From: Octopus sinensis
Taxonomy: Eukaryota
Length of the DNA: 64,000 nt
Direction: 5' to 3'
Assembly: GCF_006345805.1 (NCBI RefSeq)
Contig: NC_043003.1
Span: forward strand, 31,868,001-31,932,000
The position numbers and the translations under genes were made by a program. This document shows positions 37,300-51,867 of the stretch, piece by piece (position 1 is the stretch's first letter; each line of letters opens with the position of its first letter). The notes beneath the pieces are model-generated. The model searched no databases and was not told where the DNA came from. It saw only the letters and a program-made list of their open reading frames with translations.

Positions 37300-37990
37300 C
37301 TAAAACTATTTCTTTATTTTGGTCGTCGTTATTTTGTTACGGAACCGTACAGTGTATGGCCCGAAGTAATTAAGCATCCTTCAGTGTCGATGTCCTTCAC
37401 CTATTACTTTTAGCAAGGAACGCTCGACAGTTTTCCTTTTTCTTCTTCTCGTATGCAATCCATTAGTGATCTTAGCCTCTAATCGACGATATACTAGAGA
37501 CTACGAAAATATTCTGCTTTCTTGATCTTGCATCTGCTCAGTCTTTGTGGATCAAAGTACAAACAGTAAGATGTTCGAAATCTACTTCTTTTTCTATGAC
37601 CAGCCATTTATAGTCAACCGCTTTCCAGCCATAATTTCTTATTCCATACAACAACTAATATCATTTCAACACTGAAAAGCAAACAAAGATGTATTGAAAA
37701 TAGCAGCAGTACAAGAAATAGCCTTCCACCTCTGTCTTTCTGTTCTTGTTGCTGCCTCTGCTTCTGCATTTTGTTCTCTTTGCATTTCATTTCCTTCTCA
37801 GCAGAAAAACACTTAGATAGCCTTTTCTCCCGTACAAGGAACAACTAAGCCTTCTGACCTGAACAACCATTTCTGAGAATTCGATGTTGTTACCTAGAAC
37901 ATTAAGACTTGACTTCTATATAAACGCCACGCATACTCTCGTGTCATGTTTTCTCTCATAGTGTGCCCGTACAGTTGAGCAACGTACTAC
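37300..37990 (-). mobile_element. Highly decayed RTE-like LINE remnant
   Basis: Minus fragments LYG, RILR and a cgagaagaagaaaaggaaaac (RRRKG) C-terminal signature. Confidence 0.3.
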
Positions 37991-38079
37991 AGACCAAGGG
38001 CCATCAGCCGTATCAATATTTTATGTTCTTGATCTTTGTATTTCTATGATATTTGCAATGTATTAACAGACGATAGGCA

Positions 38080-38330
38080 CGCATGTATTCCACCAATCTC
38101 TATTTCCATGAATCGTACATAGTCATAGGAGCTAGGTTCGCACTTTCGTGCTTTCGTCAACGGCCAATAGAACACAACATCTTGTTTCAAAATCCATGCA
38201 TAATTGAGGGCGGGGCGATTTTGCCGGCCAACTATTTACCACTGGAGTTGCAATAACTGGCTTTTTGAAAGTATCAAAAGACGTGGATACACTTATCCGC
38301 TTTAGGCCGTCTGCCTAACTTCTACATGCT
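38080..38330 (-). mobile_element. Possible hAT (Charlie/Buster-like) transposase remnant
   Basis: Frameshifted LLAVDESTK...YVRFME, resembling the catalytic-D motif LDEST..YVRF. Confidence 0.35.
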
Positions 38331-41119
38331 ATGTCATACTTTTGGTTCTGCAGAACACACGATTTGTAACGTTGCGATTTCGTTAAGTGATCCTTCGCCG
38401 TAATATAAAAAAAGACGCATACATATGTTGAAAATTAACATTATACTATATACCTCATCCGCCTTTTTTTCTGCAAAAATCCGTTCAGCAAAGGCAGTGG
38501 TGCTTTTTGTGACATGCCTCATCTGTTTCCCGTAATTTCCGATGAAGAAAATCCGAAAAGGCCTGTGTGTATTTTATCATCATCATTTGAATAGGTTGCA
38601 CTGGTGTTGTTATATATGATTGAACTTGCTGACAACCAGTGTTGGCGTGTTTGAAATTTCCATTTGGCATATATTCATTTGTCTTCAACTGCGAGTGGTT
38701 ATATGCCTCTTTATGTACATTATTTTTTGGGCCTAACAACCTTAAAATCTGACTGTGCTTCCAAAAATTTCAAAAATTCTCAGTTAATATATTTGATAAT
38801 ACGATGACTTAGGTTAACACTTCATTCTGCATCATATCTTTTCATACTGAACATCCAATAAATGAAGGAAAATAAATGTTTACAAACATATGTGTATAAA
38901 GAAAGAAATGCGAATTAAGAACTTTCACTTCAAATAGAGACGGTGTGTAGACGCTGAAATATATTGAGGTCCTCTGTGAGTTAAAATGCCTCATATCTTA
39001 CCATGCCCACGGTAAAGAACCACAAAGAAAAAAGCAATTATGAATTGATAACAATAATTATTGAAACTACACACGAAAATATTGAAAATTATATAAACTC
39101 AATAAAAAGCTCCCCACAGTCGTGCCGATAACGCACTTAGACATGATGCTAGTGAATATGATAAATGAAATGATGCGTACACCAGACATTAACACACACA
39201 CACGCGTACTTACACATACGCATATACGCACACGCACACACAAAATCACGCTTATACGAACACATACACGCAAGCATACGCACATATATGCACATATATG
39301 CGCATATCATATCCAATTTCAAACAAAGAACACGTCAGTTGGAACAACAACTTGTCGCAGCAATAAAATGCACAAAATAAGTGCAGCATACACGAAATAA
39401 ACGCTAAGGCCAGCATGCTTGTAATTTACATGATGAATGTTTTCATCAACAAAGTTGTTATTTTAATTAATTAAAATTTCAACGTTGTCTCTCCTGCTTT
39501 TTTTCCTTCTTAAAGTGAACAAAATTTGTCAATGTTTTCATTAATTAGATTGTTATATTGATTAATAAAAAAAAAATGTTTGCTACTAGAAATATGCTAT
39601 CGTCCACTTTTCGATTAACTATTTGCATTTTTGTATCTTTTTTTAAAAATAAAAGTTAAGTATTCTTCTAAGTGGAAAACAACTCCGGATAATCAATAAT
39701 ATGATTTGCATTGTCCGGCGTAGAAAATTGCTTTTGTTTTCGTCCACCACTCCGTTTCTAACATTTAACTGACACAAGCCCAAAGACACATATTTATATG
39801 GAAGTCACAAATGGTCATATAGAATCTTCATATAAGATTTGACGTACACTTATTTTATTGAATTCAGAAAAGGTGGAATCAAAGCTAAGTCTGGTGGAAT
39901 TCGAAATAAGATTCTAAAGAGAATGCGATTTTATCGTTCATCTTCGTGTTATGACAATGATTGTTATTGCTTTCGTTAGAACCAGTTCAGCCTTGATCTT
40001 ATATATTTCACCCACGACAATCCCATTTTACATTTATAAACAGAGTATATCAAGGAATGCATATAATATGTTTTTTTGTGAAGAGCAGAAAGGGAACTTG
40101 AACGTGGTCTGACCAAGGCCAGAATCAGACTTTGCTTGGTTTCGGAGCACATTAAATTTAGTAAGAACACCTCATACACATAAATTCAAATATACGGTAT
40201 GTCACTAAATTTAAGCACCAAATTTCGTTTTGTATCTTATTCGAAATAACGCATAGGAATAAAAATTAATGCTAAAATTGAGAAGCGTAGAAAGGTTAAA
40301 TGCGCCTGTCAAAGCAGATTATCTAAGCTAAGAACAGTAAGGTTTCAGCTGCATGTATCACACTACAATATCTAAAAAAATCATTCCTTTTACATTTGGC
40401 ATCTGAAATCTTTAATGAAATTTTCACGCCACGTCATCTTTACTATATTGTTCTTTATATCTATGTAACTCCGATTACATAATCTCTCATTCGTTATTGT
40501 AGTTCCACCATTGACAATATGAGCGAAGTTCCAGCTGAACAACTTGTGAGCATCATGGGTAAATGCAGTGAGATGTCTCCATGAACTGATGGGGAGGGAA
40601 CACTTACCCTTTTATCATGGAACGAACCAGCTTATTCTCATGGACTAATATATGATCTACGCTTCGATAAGTTTCAAACTGAACATTTGTTTTTTGCTAT
40701 GAACATATTTCGAAATTCATTGGCGGAGGAAGTAATAAAATTCTCTAGCTTTGTTCTTACCACTGTTTCATCGCACTGATAATACTTTGGTTGGCACACT
40801 ACACCTTTTATTTTTTCCCTTGAGTATAGAAAAACTGTACTTGACACTTGTTTCCACACGAGACCCCCAGAGAAGGCTAGAAAGATAATGGTTAGAAGAG
40901 TTCTTCATTACACGTATTTCATAGTATTAAATTGTAAACATAATGGCAGATATTTTTAGAGCTTTTGAAACAATTTGAAAATATCTTCGTATGTGCATAT
41001 GTGACAATCGAATATTATAGATGTACTCATTTAGAAACTCCACAGAAGAGACAAAATGTTATTCATATATATACATGCGTGCGTTTGTGTGTGTGTGGTG
41101 TTTGAGTGTGTGCGTAAAG

Positions 41120-41400
41120 TCACATAGCGTAGTGGCTAAGGTGTTGCACTCACGATTGCGCGATCGTGATTTCGCTTCCCAAACCGGGCGTTGTGCTTTG
41201 TTCTTGGGCAAAGCACTTAATTTCACGTGGCTCTGAGATCATTTCGACATCTGATATGTGGCACCCGTTGCACTTTTACTGGCAATGTCGATCTGATAGA
41301 GGGAATGATTTTATGTCTACACAAACATTTGATCACTATAAACAAATTAACTGTGTCGTTGTTCACCAAAAAATTGAGGAACCTTCATTTGTCGTCAAAC
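41120..41400 (+). mobile_element. Decayed tRNA-derived CORE-like SINE
   Basis: tagcgtagtggctaaggtgttgcactcacgat..ttgttcttgggcaaagcacttaatttcac. Confidence 0.65.
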
Positions 41401-42388
41401 GACAGGAGAGTCCATCTTACATATATATGCACACGTACATAAAGATAGTCATCCCCAAATATATACATATATATATACACATATGCATACGTTCATACAT
41501 ATATATACCTACATATACACCTCATGTGTATATATATATATATATCAACAGAAGCAGTATTGCTGCTAAAAGGTAATATTTATCCCTACTTAGAAGTGGG
41601 TGTTATGTTAGAACACAGGCCACTGCAAACGTTACCAAGGGGTACCTCTCTCTCATATGGACTTGTGGTGCATATATGCACTTTTGTTCATATAGGGAGA
41701 GACAGCTTAACCTCCATCGCAACTGCTGGGACTAAAAGAGAACCTGATTTCAGCTTTGCTTGGTCGTGTCAATGGTCCGTCAAACATACTTGTGACATTT
41801 ACGATGTACAAAAATGCGATTTTTCAATGCTGTTTTTTTTTCAATTCGCGCTTTAAGCAATAATTTAGGTATAGCCTATCCACAAAACCATAGTAAGAAT
41901 TCACATGAATTCGAAAACCTATCTTCTGGATCAAACATGTTGTTTTGTTGAATAAGTTGTAAAATATCCACAGGAATTGCACTTGTTTGAGCGGGAGAGA
42001 TTCACATATATCAATACATGCTATATTTTTGAACATTAAAAATATATTCTAAAAAGGACTTATAAACGTATAGTTCATTAGTTATACACTTTCACTCAGT
42101 AACGCTTCAAGATTGGTGTGTATTGATTTGATCAGAATGGAAACGATTTTTTTTTGTGAATCAAGGAAACACACGGGATGGTGCATCTATAAGTCCGATC
42201 AATTCATCATTAAATATTATTATGGTGTAATTTCTGGAAATGTCTCTTGACCTATCGTCCAATTATAGCCTATTTATATCGTATATTAGTAGTTAGTGAT
42301 ATTCCTCTTAAACAAAATTTCAGCTATTTTTTCCGCTCTGTAAATAAACATAATATGTGTGTGTGTGTATTCACATGTGTCCAGGAAA

Positions 42389-42454
<66 letters not shown>

Positions 42455-42903
42455 CATGCAGTATGTATTTGTGATTGTGCTTGTGCACGTGCAGACATAT
42501 TTTTCGGGAGTAAGAATGTTATTTCCGGTGTCATTTTAATTAGAATTATTGTTATACTAGTCCTATACCATTTCCTTCTGTCGAAACTTTCAAATTTAGT
42601 TATTTAGTTAGTTGTAATGAGACAACAATCGCTATATGCATCGCCCAACTTTGACATTTATAAGACCACGTATGTTGGCTGAAGAGGAAAGCAAAATGAA
42701 ATAAAATTCATAAGTACATATCTAGTACAACTGCGCTTGTTTCAAATCTGCTCATAATCGATTTCATGGATGAGATTCTTCTTCTCTTTTCTGGTTTTTT
42801 TTTTGTTTTTTTTTTGCTTTCCTCCTTTACACTCTTTTGCTTCACTCCTACCAAATTTCAGGCATTGTACTTTTGCTGAAAATCATCATCATCATCATCA
42901 TCA

Positions 42904-42973
<70 letters not shown>

Positions 42974-42975
42974 CA

Positions 42976-43531
42976 TTGAGTGAGAGAGCAGTTCATGCCA
43001 TCAAAGTGACACTGGGGTAAAATATACGAAGCCCAATATACCCATCATGACTACCCGTCTGATAAAGGTACACCAGGCACATGCATCACAACCATATGTG
43101 CGCGACATGGTGATCTCATATCAAGATAAACAGCACATGACCTTGCAGGTGGGGCCCAGTTAGAATTTTCTTCAGGTTGAGTAGCCCATTCCGCTCAAAC
43201 GGTCCCTGAATAAGGGTTGTTTAAGGATGTTGAAAGAACCACCCAGGTTTCCAGAGGTGAACTATTCAAACCCCAAATAATCCCTCTCAACACATGGCTA
43301 TGATGCCCCCCCACTACTTCTGCTCGTGATCAGAGATGCACATATCGTCAGCCACTAAGGGACATGCTCAACTGGTTACGGTCAAACAACTGACAAGCAA
43401 ATCTGTGGTATTGAGCAGAATATTTGCTGTAGCCCATCTTTTATACCAAGACAAAACAATGTACATGATAACACTTCCAATCAGTTAAGATCAGAAGCCA
43501 TGGGAGCCACCGCCTGGTACTGCATCAGGGC

Positions 43532-43533
<2 letters not shown>
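42976..43533. mobile_element. Second full copy of the ~550-bp TTA-inserted element
   Basis: Colinear with 7181-7725, same termini, flanked by (TTA)n. Confidence 0.85.
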
Positions 43534-43594
<61 letters not shown>

Positions 43595-43596
43595 CA

Positions 43597-43780
43597 AAGC
43601 AGTGAGCTGGCAGAATTGTTAGCACGCCGGGTGAAATGTTTCGCGGTATATCGTCCGTCTCCACGTTCTTAGTTCAAATTCCGCCGAGGTCGACTTTGCC
43701 TTTCATCCTTTCGGGGTCCATTAAATAATTACCAGTCGCGCACTGGGATCGATGTAATCTACTTAATCCCTCCCCCCCCC
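43597..43780 (+). mobile_element. Meta/MESC-like SINE
   Basis: gcagtgagctggcagaattgttagc..gtcgactttgcctttcatcctttcgggg. Confidence 0.8.
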
Positions 43781-43814
43781 AAAAAAAAATTTGAAATCAT
43801 TATTATTATTATTG

Positions 43815-44132
43815 AATAAAAGAGAAGTGTCATTGGGGTAAAAATATACCCATCATGACTACTCGGTTGATAAGTGTACAGTAGGCACAGACATCACAAA
43901 CATGTGCACGACATGGTGACTTCATATCAAGATAAACAGTACATGACAGTGCATGACCAGTTAGAATTTTGTTTAAGTCGAGTAGCCCATCTCGCTGAAA
44001 TAGTCCCTGAATAAAGGTTACCTAAGGATGCTGAACGAAACACCAATGTTTCCAGAGATGAATTATTCAAACCCCAAAAAATTCCTCTCAACACATGACT
44101 ATGATCATAGATGCTCATATCGTCAGCCACTA
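43815..44132. mobile_element. Partial, older copy of the ~550-bp element
   Basis: ggggtaaaaatatacccatcatgactac..catatcgtcagccactaa. Confidence 0.75.
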
Positions 44133-45422
44133 ACTCGTATGAATAAGAAAGGAGAAAATAAGTAAAAACAGAGAAGCAATTATTAATATTACTATTAAAG
44201 TAGTATGTACTTGCTTTGTTTTTAAAGATAGAAATGTGAATTTAAAAATACTAATATAAAGTTAGAAAGACCATAGTAACTGTGGGGGAGATAAATGAGG
44301 GGAGAATAAGACGAGTCGAAAAAATAAAAATTTGGATAGGGATGTGTAGGTTATACAGAATGTGCATTTTAGTATGTACAAAAAAAAAGATAATTTCAGC
44401 GGTATTAATCCAGCTTAGTATTATGTGAGAAGGATATAGAATGGCAGTATGGTGGTAATGGTATTCGAGTTGTAGCGATACTGTACCAGTATGTGTGCAA
44501 TAGATTAAATACACTGGTGTTGCAATCTGTTCAAATCGTGTACATTAGAAAGAGTGTCTGGAATTTCGAATTACGATTATAATCCTGTCTTTTACTAGGA
44601 CTCTGCCATATAAAAATTAATTAGAGGTGAATCTATATGTGATCACAGTTCTTGTATTAGATAGATTATTTTTTCTATCTCCTTTTGATAATGACGCTGT
44701 ATGTCTGTTTAACACATATTTTAGATCGACGACCAGTAGCACTAATTATCAATGTAATTACGAAATTAAATGAAACCAAATTAAATCGATAAATTGTCGG
44801 ATTAATCATTCGTAATGAAATGTTAATAGCAACAGACGTTCGAGAAGTATTACTGCTTGTACAGGCATAACAAAATCTCTTGGATTACTTTTGATGACCT
44901 CTTTTTGCGTTTTCAGAAACTGGCATCAATTCAGGTGTAATCTATTGTAATTTGCCTCAGTGTAATGACAGAGGTGTTTTATGAAATATTGGGAAGAACA
45001 TCAAGGTTCTTAGCTCTACATAAATCCACAAATAGAAAACTGGTGCTTGGAGTCTCTTGGACTGAATTGAGCTTGCTCAATGTAGACATGGTTTGAAAAG
45101 AAAGGAAGTAAGAACTATTATGTCATACAGTAGCGAGAAACAAAAGAGAAGGATTAATATTTTTTTTAATGTCGGAAATGCTAGTGAACGTACAAATTCG
45201 TAATTGGTTTCGTATACATGGTTAACTATTAGCTAAATTCTCTGAAAAATCTAACTTTGTAGAAGAGTCTTAATAAAAGTTGATAACACTAACACCAGTT
45301 TCCTCCAAATGTCTCATGTGCAAAATAAGATAACGATTAGTTCCCTTCAGACATTTCTGGAAATTTCAAACATTGTTTACATTTGCAGGCTCAACGCCTC
45401 AGTATTGTGCTAGCTTCCGAAC

Positions 45423-46095
45423 ATGGCACACCACGCAAAATTTACTCCCGATCTCCGAAAAGAAATTGTCAGGATGAATGTTTTAGGAATGACTCTCTCG
45501 GTATTTGACGAGACGTAAGATCTAATAGCGTAGTTTCACGGATTCTGAAACTCTATGAAGAAACTAAAGGATTTGAACCGAACAAGGCAACTGGTAGAAC
45601 ACGTAAATCACCATGCGAGATGATCAAGCCATGAAAATGTACATATTGAAGGATCCTTTCGAGATTGCAGCTGGAATTTCTAGGAAAATAAAAGCAAATA
45701 ATGGGAATTGCGCTGCTTTACATGTTTCGTCGTCTGAAGGAATTTAGATTAAAGACTTGTTCCCTGGAAACGAAACCTACTATCAGCAAAAAGAACAAAT
45801 TGGAAAGATTTTCGTTTGCAGAAACTCATGTGAACTGGAGGTATGGAAATTGGTCATAAATTCATTTTAGCGATGAAAGCAAATTCAATTTACCAGGTTC
45901 ACATGGTAGACATTATGTTAGGCGCTTCACAGGAGATCGGCTAATATCCAAGTGCCTGAAGAAATCTGCCAAGTTTGGAGGAGGAAGCATCGTGATGTGG
46001 AGAATGACATCTTCTGAAGGAGTTGGCTCTCTAGTGCAGATAAAAGGGACTATTAACGCTAATATTTATTTGAATATGGTTAAACAGTAGGTGAT
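45423..46095 (+). pseudogene. Tc1-like transposase, N-terminal two-thirds, decayed
   Basis: HFSDESKFNLPGSHGRHYVRRFTGDRL..KFGGGSIVMW. Confidence 0.85.
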
Positions 46096-46229
46096 TAATC
46101 TTGTTGAGGTTAAGGTTTCTGACATAAGTAATTTGTCCTCACCGCCCACCACCGTCACGTACGACTACAGTGGGCTTCACAACACCAACATTAGCGGCAT
46201 CAAGGATGGAGGTCGATAGTCTTCTCTGA

Positions 46230-46900
46230 CGAGGGCCGGTACTGCGTTTCTACCTCGGCTGAGAGAGTCAGGGTGTGGCGTAGGAGGAGTAAACACTACA
46301 GAGGCGAATCTGTCCTGCATCGAGATGCGTGGGGTGACCAAAATATCATTGTTAGGGGTGCTATAGCCTGAATCAGAGAATTGGGATCCATGGCTTCCAA
46401 AATGTTGATGCAGGCAGAGGAAATGGCATCACAGCGCAGTGCTACGGTGACCAGATCCTAAGACCTCACATCGTGCCCTTCTTTGTGCGTCACCATAGCC
46501 ACGTGTTCAAGCCGGACGATGCTCCCTCCCACACGCTCAGGGTGACCATAGATTTTCTGCGTCAGCACAACATCAGAACGATGCCGTGGTCGGCTCCCAG
46601 TGCGGATTTCAACCCAATTGAACACATGTTGGATGAAATCCAGAGACAACTAAACCAGATGGTCTCCGGGCCGGCAAATCGTGTGGAACTGGAGACAGCA
46701 TACACGGTATTGAACATGTCACCCCTTACAATCTCGATGTACTGGATCCGCCCTCTTCCAGAACACATGACAACAACCCATAGACTGCAGTCAAAGAAAT
46801 TAACTTTATCAGATTTATCAGAATTTATCTCTGACATAATGGAATTAATGCATATTTCACAGTCACACACGTCTCGCGTTTCTTTTGGAGTTCAATGTAT
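46230..46900 (+). mobile_element. 3' half of a second Tc1-like transposon
   Basis: FKPDDAPSH..TMPWSAPSADFNPIEHMLDEIQRQL; TIR-like end cgcgtttcttttggagttcaatgta. Confidence 0.8.
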
Positions 46901-47747
46901 TTTTGTTGGGATTTTTCAATCTATGAACACTTATCTCTCATTGGCTATTTGTTTTAAGACAACATATTTAGTGTATTTCTTGGCAATATTTTCAACTACT
47001 ACGCTTCTTCTTCGTTTTTTGCCCTGTCTTCCTTCGTATAAAATAGTTAAAATTACTTAAAATCGGTGTAAGATATTCAAAGTCGTATAAGATATTCAAA
47101 GTCTTGTAATCTTATTTTATCTATAATTACAGGCATGTATCCTTCAAATATTCTATTTTATCCCTACTGTAGTCATTCCCCAGAAGCAAAAGAAAATTAT
47201 TCAGAGAATATTTAAAAAGATTGATGGATTATCTTATATTTTATTGATGAAAAATAATATAAGCACTTGGAAACATCTAACGAATATTAATAAAGTTCTT
47301 GGATCATCACAACAAAAAGTTAATGTTTAGTTATGGAAGTAAAACTCTTCCAAGTTTTCTCAGATCGAAAGTAGAAAGTCAAATCAATCATGTATCATTG
47401 TTTCAAAGATGGGAATGCATTAAGATCTGGTACTGTATGTATATGGAAACATGACCAAAATACCAAGGATGTTTCTACAGATGCCTTTTCTGTTGAATTT
47501 CTGCAACCGTTACCTTAGAGAATTCACATTCATACACATGCTCATTCAGAAATGAGAATGTTCAGTTGGCTGGAATTTTTTATCATTGAACGTAGTCATT
47601 TATCATTACACCGACGAGAAAACTGGAATTTAAAACGCTATCTAATATTATAAAAAAGATAAATGTCAAATTTACTTTCAATTATACTTTCTTATTTTAT
47701 AAAAACGAATATAGGGAGACTGCGCGCGAGAGAAATTAAGAGAAAGT

Positions 47748-47783
<36 letters not shown>

Positions 47784-48313
47784 AGACAGAGAGAAAGGTT
47801 CAGAGAGATCGTTATAGAAAACTACCAATAAATGTTGGTGCTACCGAAGAAAAACCAATATATATATATTTAAATTGAATAAAAATCCTAGCCAAAATGA
47901 GAATTAAACTTTCTTATTTCTACACGATGATGGTCAGGAATATTGATTCTCTGAGACAACTGTCGCAGTAATTCCCATAGAAAGACGCATATGGGAGCTA
48001 CATGCGGATTATTGATCTTCACACACACATAGAGATCTTTAAGTTTAATATATTCTCATCTTTTTAGCATCGCTGTTTGAACGATAAGACAGTTAACATA
48101 CGAAATGGAAAAACTTGGCATAAAATATACATTTTTCTGTAACATTACACAAAAGTGCTTCCAAATGCTTATATTAATACTCTTCACATTGTTTAGAAAA
48201 CATTATTGTAACTGTCTGTTAGTGATAATTGCGCCATCAACTTCTGAATTGTTGTACCTAAACATTCTATTTAAATTATATTTAATCATTTCATAAAATA
48301 TTATTTTGAGTGC

Positions 48314-48352
<39 letters not shown>

Positions 48353-49439
48353 CATATACATACATATATGCATACTTATATGTGTGCATAATGCACGCCT
48401 GCATACGGACACACACATGCATATATTTAAAATTTTATTTGTATATACGAGATGTGATCAATAAAGCCGTTTGGTAAACAGCTCAGCAGCAATCAAGGTT
48501 AATCTGTGCCAAAAGACTTTCTTCTGTGTGCTTTAACGTCGTTACTATGGCAATAATCCGGATACTTATGGATCAGGCCACGTAATCAAGCTTATTTGGC
48601 AGGGGCTTGCGATAACTGCATAGTTTGAGAAATACGTATATTGGAGAAGTTGCGTTTAAAGAACGCAGTATGATTTTACCAAATTACTTTTTGTTGACAG
48701 TGTATACCAAAAGGTATCACAATAATGTGCACCAGTTTGCTTAACACTGTTAGTTTCTCTGAAACAGGCCCCGTATTTTGGCATGAAAGCAAATGTCAAG
48801 TTCAGTTTGAAAAGGAAATTTAGGATTGGATCACGGTGAAATGGCTTACAACATTACTGTGATCATCAGCAAGTTCTATGCGAATTCGATATCTAAAGTC
48901 ATAAAAGGAAACTCGTATATTGCCCTAGTGTAAGAAGAAATATTTAATGTACCGAGGAGCACAATGTAATAGAGAAAATAAGCAGTAGTCTGGAAGATAG
49001 AATCCTGCTACATAGCATGTTTTATACGCTAGGATTAAAAATGGGTAAATTCATCCGTTATTGGCCTGTTAAATTTTATTAGATTTATATCATATTTCTA
49101 TGCAGTTATCTATGTTTTAAAGATAATATAGGATTATACTGATACTGTCAGTTCTTGAAGCAGATCATGAAAAGTAGAAATATTAGGGCTCATTAACATA
49201 GTTCCAAGAGTGTTATATAATATGATATGAAACTTAGAAGATAGCTTGGTGAGATATGATGAAAAATACAAGCCCGTCACGATGCCAAGAAACGAGGGAT
49301 AGATTATATACCGCTATACGTTTCTGTTGTATATACTGTACATGTGTCTTTCTTTCCCTCGCTCAATATTTCCGTTGAGTATTATATTTAACTGAAAATG
49401 CCTAGAGAATTACGCTTATATATATATGTGTGTGTGTGT

Positions 49440-49472
<33 letters not shown>

Positions 49473-49525
49473 ATGTATATATATGTATATGCATATGTAT
49501 ATGCATATGCATACGTTTATATATA

Positions 49526-49560
<35 letters not shown>

Positions 49561-49750
49561 CTTCTAATATAGGATAACATTTTTTTCAGATTTTTTAAAA
49601 TACCCTTAAAGGTGAAAATTATAAAAAATTCAAAATAAGAAGAAAATCTATGCTAATATGCAGAGAAATAGACTTTAAATCGTCAGTCACCACATACAAT
49701 ACATCACTATGAATGCACGGTCTGCTGAAATCGAGGAAAGCTGGCGTTAT

Positions 49751-49807
49751 CTCTATATTCAATCAATTTCGGCGTTAATCCATCGGATTTTCCCCTCATC
49801 AGTAGAA
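49751..49807 (-). ncRNA. Type I hammerhead in PLE-like repeat (~49560-49920)
   Basis: ttcta-CTGATGA-gg..aatcc-gat-ggatt..cc-GAAA-tt-gattg-aa-TA-tagag. Confidence 0.75.
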
Positions 49808-49941
49808 AATACGGTAAGAAATAAATGCAATACTTACAAGCACCCATGGAAAAAAAGCAGAAGCAAAAGTCATGTGTACACACAAGTACCCTAAATATTT
49901 TTACATTTTGATATATTATGTATATGTATGTATATATATAT

Positions 49942-49985
<44 letters not shown>

Positions 49986-50029
49986 TATATATAATATATA
50001 TATATATATAATATATATATATATATAAA

Positions 50030-50230
50030 TTACTCCAAACAAGAAAGCACAAAAAAACACAATAACGTGAGGACGTGGAACAAATATAGTATTATTGGAC
50101 GCTCAGGAAAGAAGGAAAGAAGGAGGGTTTAACGTTTCGAGCGGAGCTCTTCATGGGAAACATAGGAGAAGGAAAGATCCAGAGAAGGGAAGACAGAGGA
50201 AAAAAATCCCCAACGGTACACACGCGGTCA
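50030..50230 (-). mobile_element. PLE-derived short repeat with a degenerate minimal hammerhead, in (TA)n
   Basis: Minus ttt-cccatga-a-gagc-tcc-gctc-GAAAC-GTT-aaa (core CUGAUGA mutated); similar motif at 58795-58830 (+). Confidence 0.55.
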
Positions 50231-50249
50231 CATTTATATATATATATAT

Positions 50250-50302
<53 letters not shown>

Positions 50303-50319
50303 TATAAATGTACATATAC

Positions 50320-50525
50320 TCTGTCTTTTACTCTCTTTTACTTGTGTCAGTCATTTGACTGCGGCCATCCTGGGGCACCGCCTTTAGTCGAGCAACTCGA
50401 CCCGGGACTTATTCTTTGTAAGCCCAGTACTTATTCTATCGGTCTGTTTTGCCGAACCGCTAAGTGACGGGGACATAAACACACCAGCATCGGTTGTCAA
50501 GCAATACTCGGGGGGACAAACACAG
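50320..50525 (-). mobile_element. 3' half of composite SINE (family of 16825)
   Basis: Reverse complement of 17040-17225. Confidence 0.85.
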
Positions 50526-50563
50526 ACACAAAAACACACACGCACATATATATATATATATAT

Positions 50564-50609
<46 letters not shown>

Positions 50610-50769
50610 ATACGTACATACATACACATACTTACGTATACATATATGTATGGATGGATGGATCTATGTAAGTATAGAACACATAAACATACCTGTCTTA
50701 ATATAAATGGCGAAGTCCACGTTCTCGACGAGCCACTGTCTCCAGTCAAAGTTTCATAAATGTTACGTA

Positions 50770-51293
50770 TCTCTCTATATATAAACGGCAGTTTATCTGT
50801 CTGTGTGTCTGTGTGTCTGTCAGGTTGTACCCTCACTCTGACCACGGCTTTCAACCGATTCTGATGAAACTTGACACACACATACCCCAATGTCATAATT
50901 CAAAACTAACGCAGCGAAACTTTTGAAAAGTTCCCCCAGTTCTGAAAAAAATTGATAAATTCGACATGGAGTCGAGAATCTAATCTTTTTATTTGCAACA
51001 CATTTTCTGTTGTAGTTTTCGCAACTTGCAATCGATTTTCACCAAACTCATAGTGAAGCTTAATGTTACCCTAAGAAACTTAATTCTGACGTTAGTTTTC
51101 CATGCAATACCTTACCATCAGAAAAAAATCGATAAAATCATGCCATTTTGGGAAATCGCGTTCAAATTCAAGATGACATATTTTCGACAATATATTTCAC
51201 TAATTGGCAGGAATTTTTTAAATATTCACAGCGAGCATCATGTCTGTTCCAGGAGCTCTTACATTTCCGGGCAATGCCGGGCTATGCTGCTAG
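50770..51293 (+). mobile_element. Complete non-autonomous Helitron
   Basis: A|TC start, internal (ctgtgtgt)n and ccgattctgatgaaactt, subterminal hairpin ccgggcaatgccggg, CTAG|T end, no TSD. Confidence 0.8.
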
Positions 51294-51352
51294 TATATCT
51301 ATAAAAGTCGAATTGCCTGCTCCTGGTACTGACGGAAGTCCTAGAAATTTGC

Positions 51353-51791
51353 TTTACCACATACAGAACTTTTAGAAATAGCAGCCAAAAAATTTAGCCA
51401 TTTCTTCCACTTTAAGAAGAGTCTCCCAGACAATGTATACTCATTCGTATGTTTTGAATTCGTTAGTACTGGATGTCGAAGATGGTTTGTCTGAGGTTAC
51501 TCAGATCAGATGGGTATGTTCGAATTTTAGTGCTCTCAAATTTAAATTTAATGAAATCTCTGTGCTGATGACGGGAATGTTAGAATAGGGACGTATTTCT
51601 AGCATCTCTATATCTGACTAACCCAGAAATATGTTCACAAGTAATCTAATTTCGAGTGAACTTTCGTTACTTTTTCCTCTATGTCTACGTGAATTGTTTT
51701 TGAGTATACAATGTCTGGGAGACTCTTCTTAAAGAAGAAGAAATAGCTAAATTTTTTGGCTGCTATTTCTAAAAGTTCGGTATGTGGTGAA
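51353..51791 (+). mobile_element. Non-coding PLE-like element with ~90-bp inverted ends enclosing a hammerhead
   Basis: 51353-51443 is the reverse complement of 51701-51791. Confidence 0.8.
51561..51639 (+). ncRNA. Type I hammerhead with extended stem II
   Basis: tgtg-CTGATGA-c-ggg-aatgttagaa..ttctagcat..ccc-a-GAAA-tat-GTT-caca. Confidence 0.7.
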
Positions 51792-51867
51792 ACGTTTAAA
51801 AGTATATTCCAAGCCTCTATTTAATTGCATTCCTAATAACTACACCAATTTCATAAACTAATAATTC

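Noticed and set aside
40600-40685. Possible minus-strand micro-exon FETYRSVDHILVHENKLVRSMIK with gtaagt donor
   Set aside because: Weak acceptor, no recognisable homology and no partner exons
47069-47103. Short direct duplications (also 11703-11733 and 57211-57240)
   Set aside because: Two-copy slippage duplications; not CRISPR-like, no spacers
50855-50875. ctgatgaaac motif
   Set aside because: Part of the Helitron-type ccgattctgatgaaactt block; no ribozyme stems
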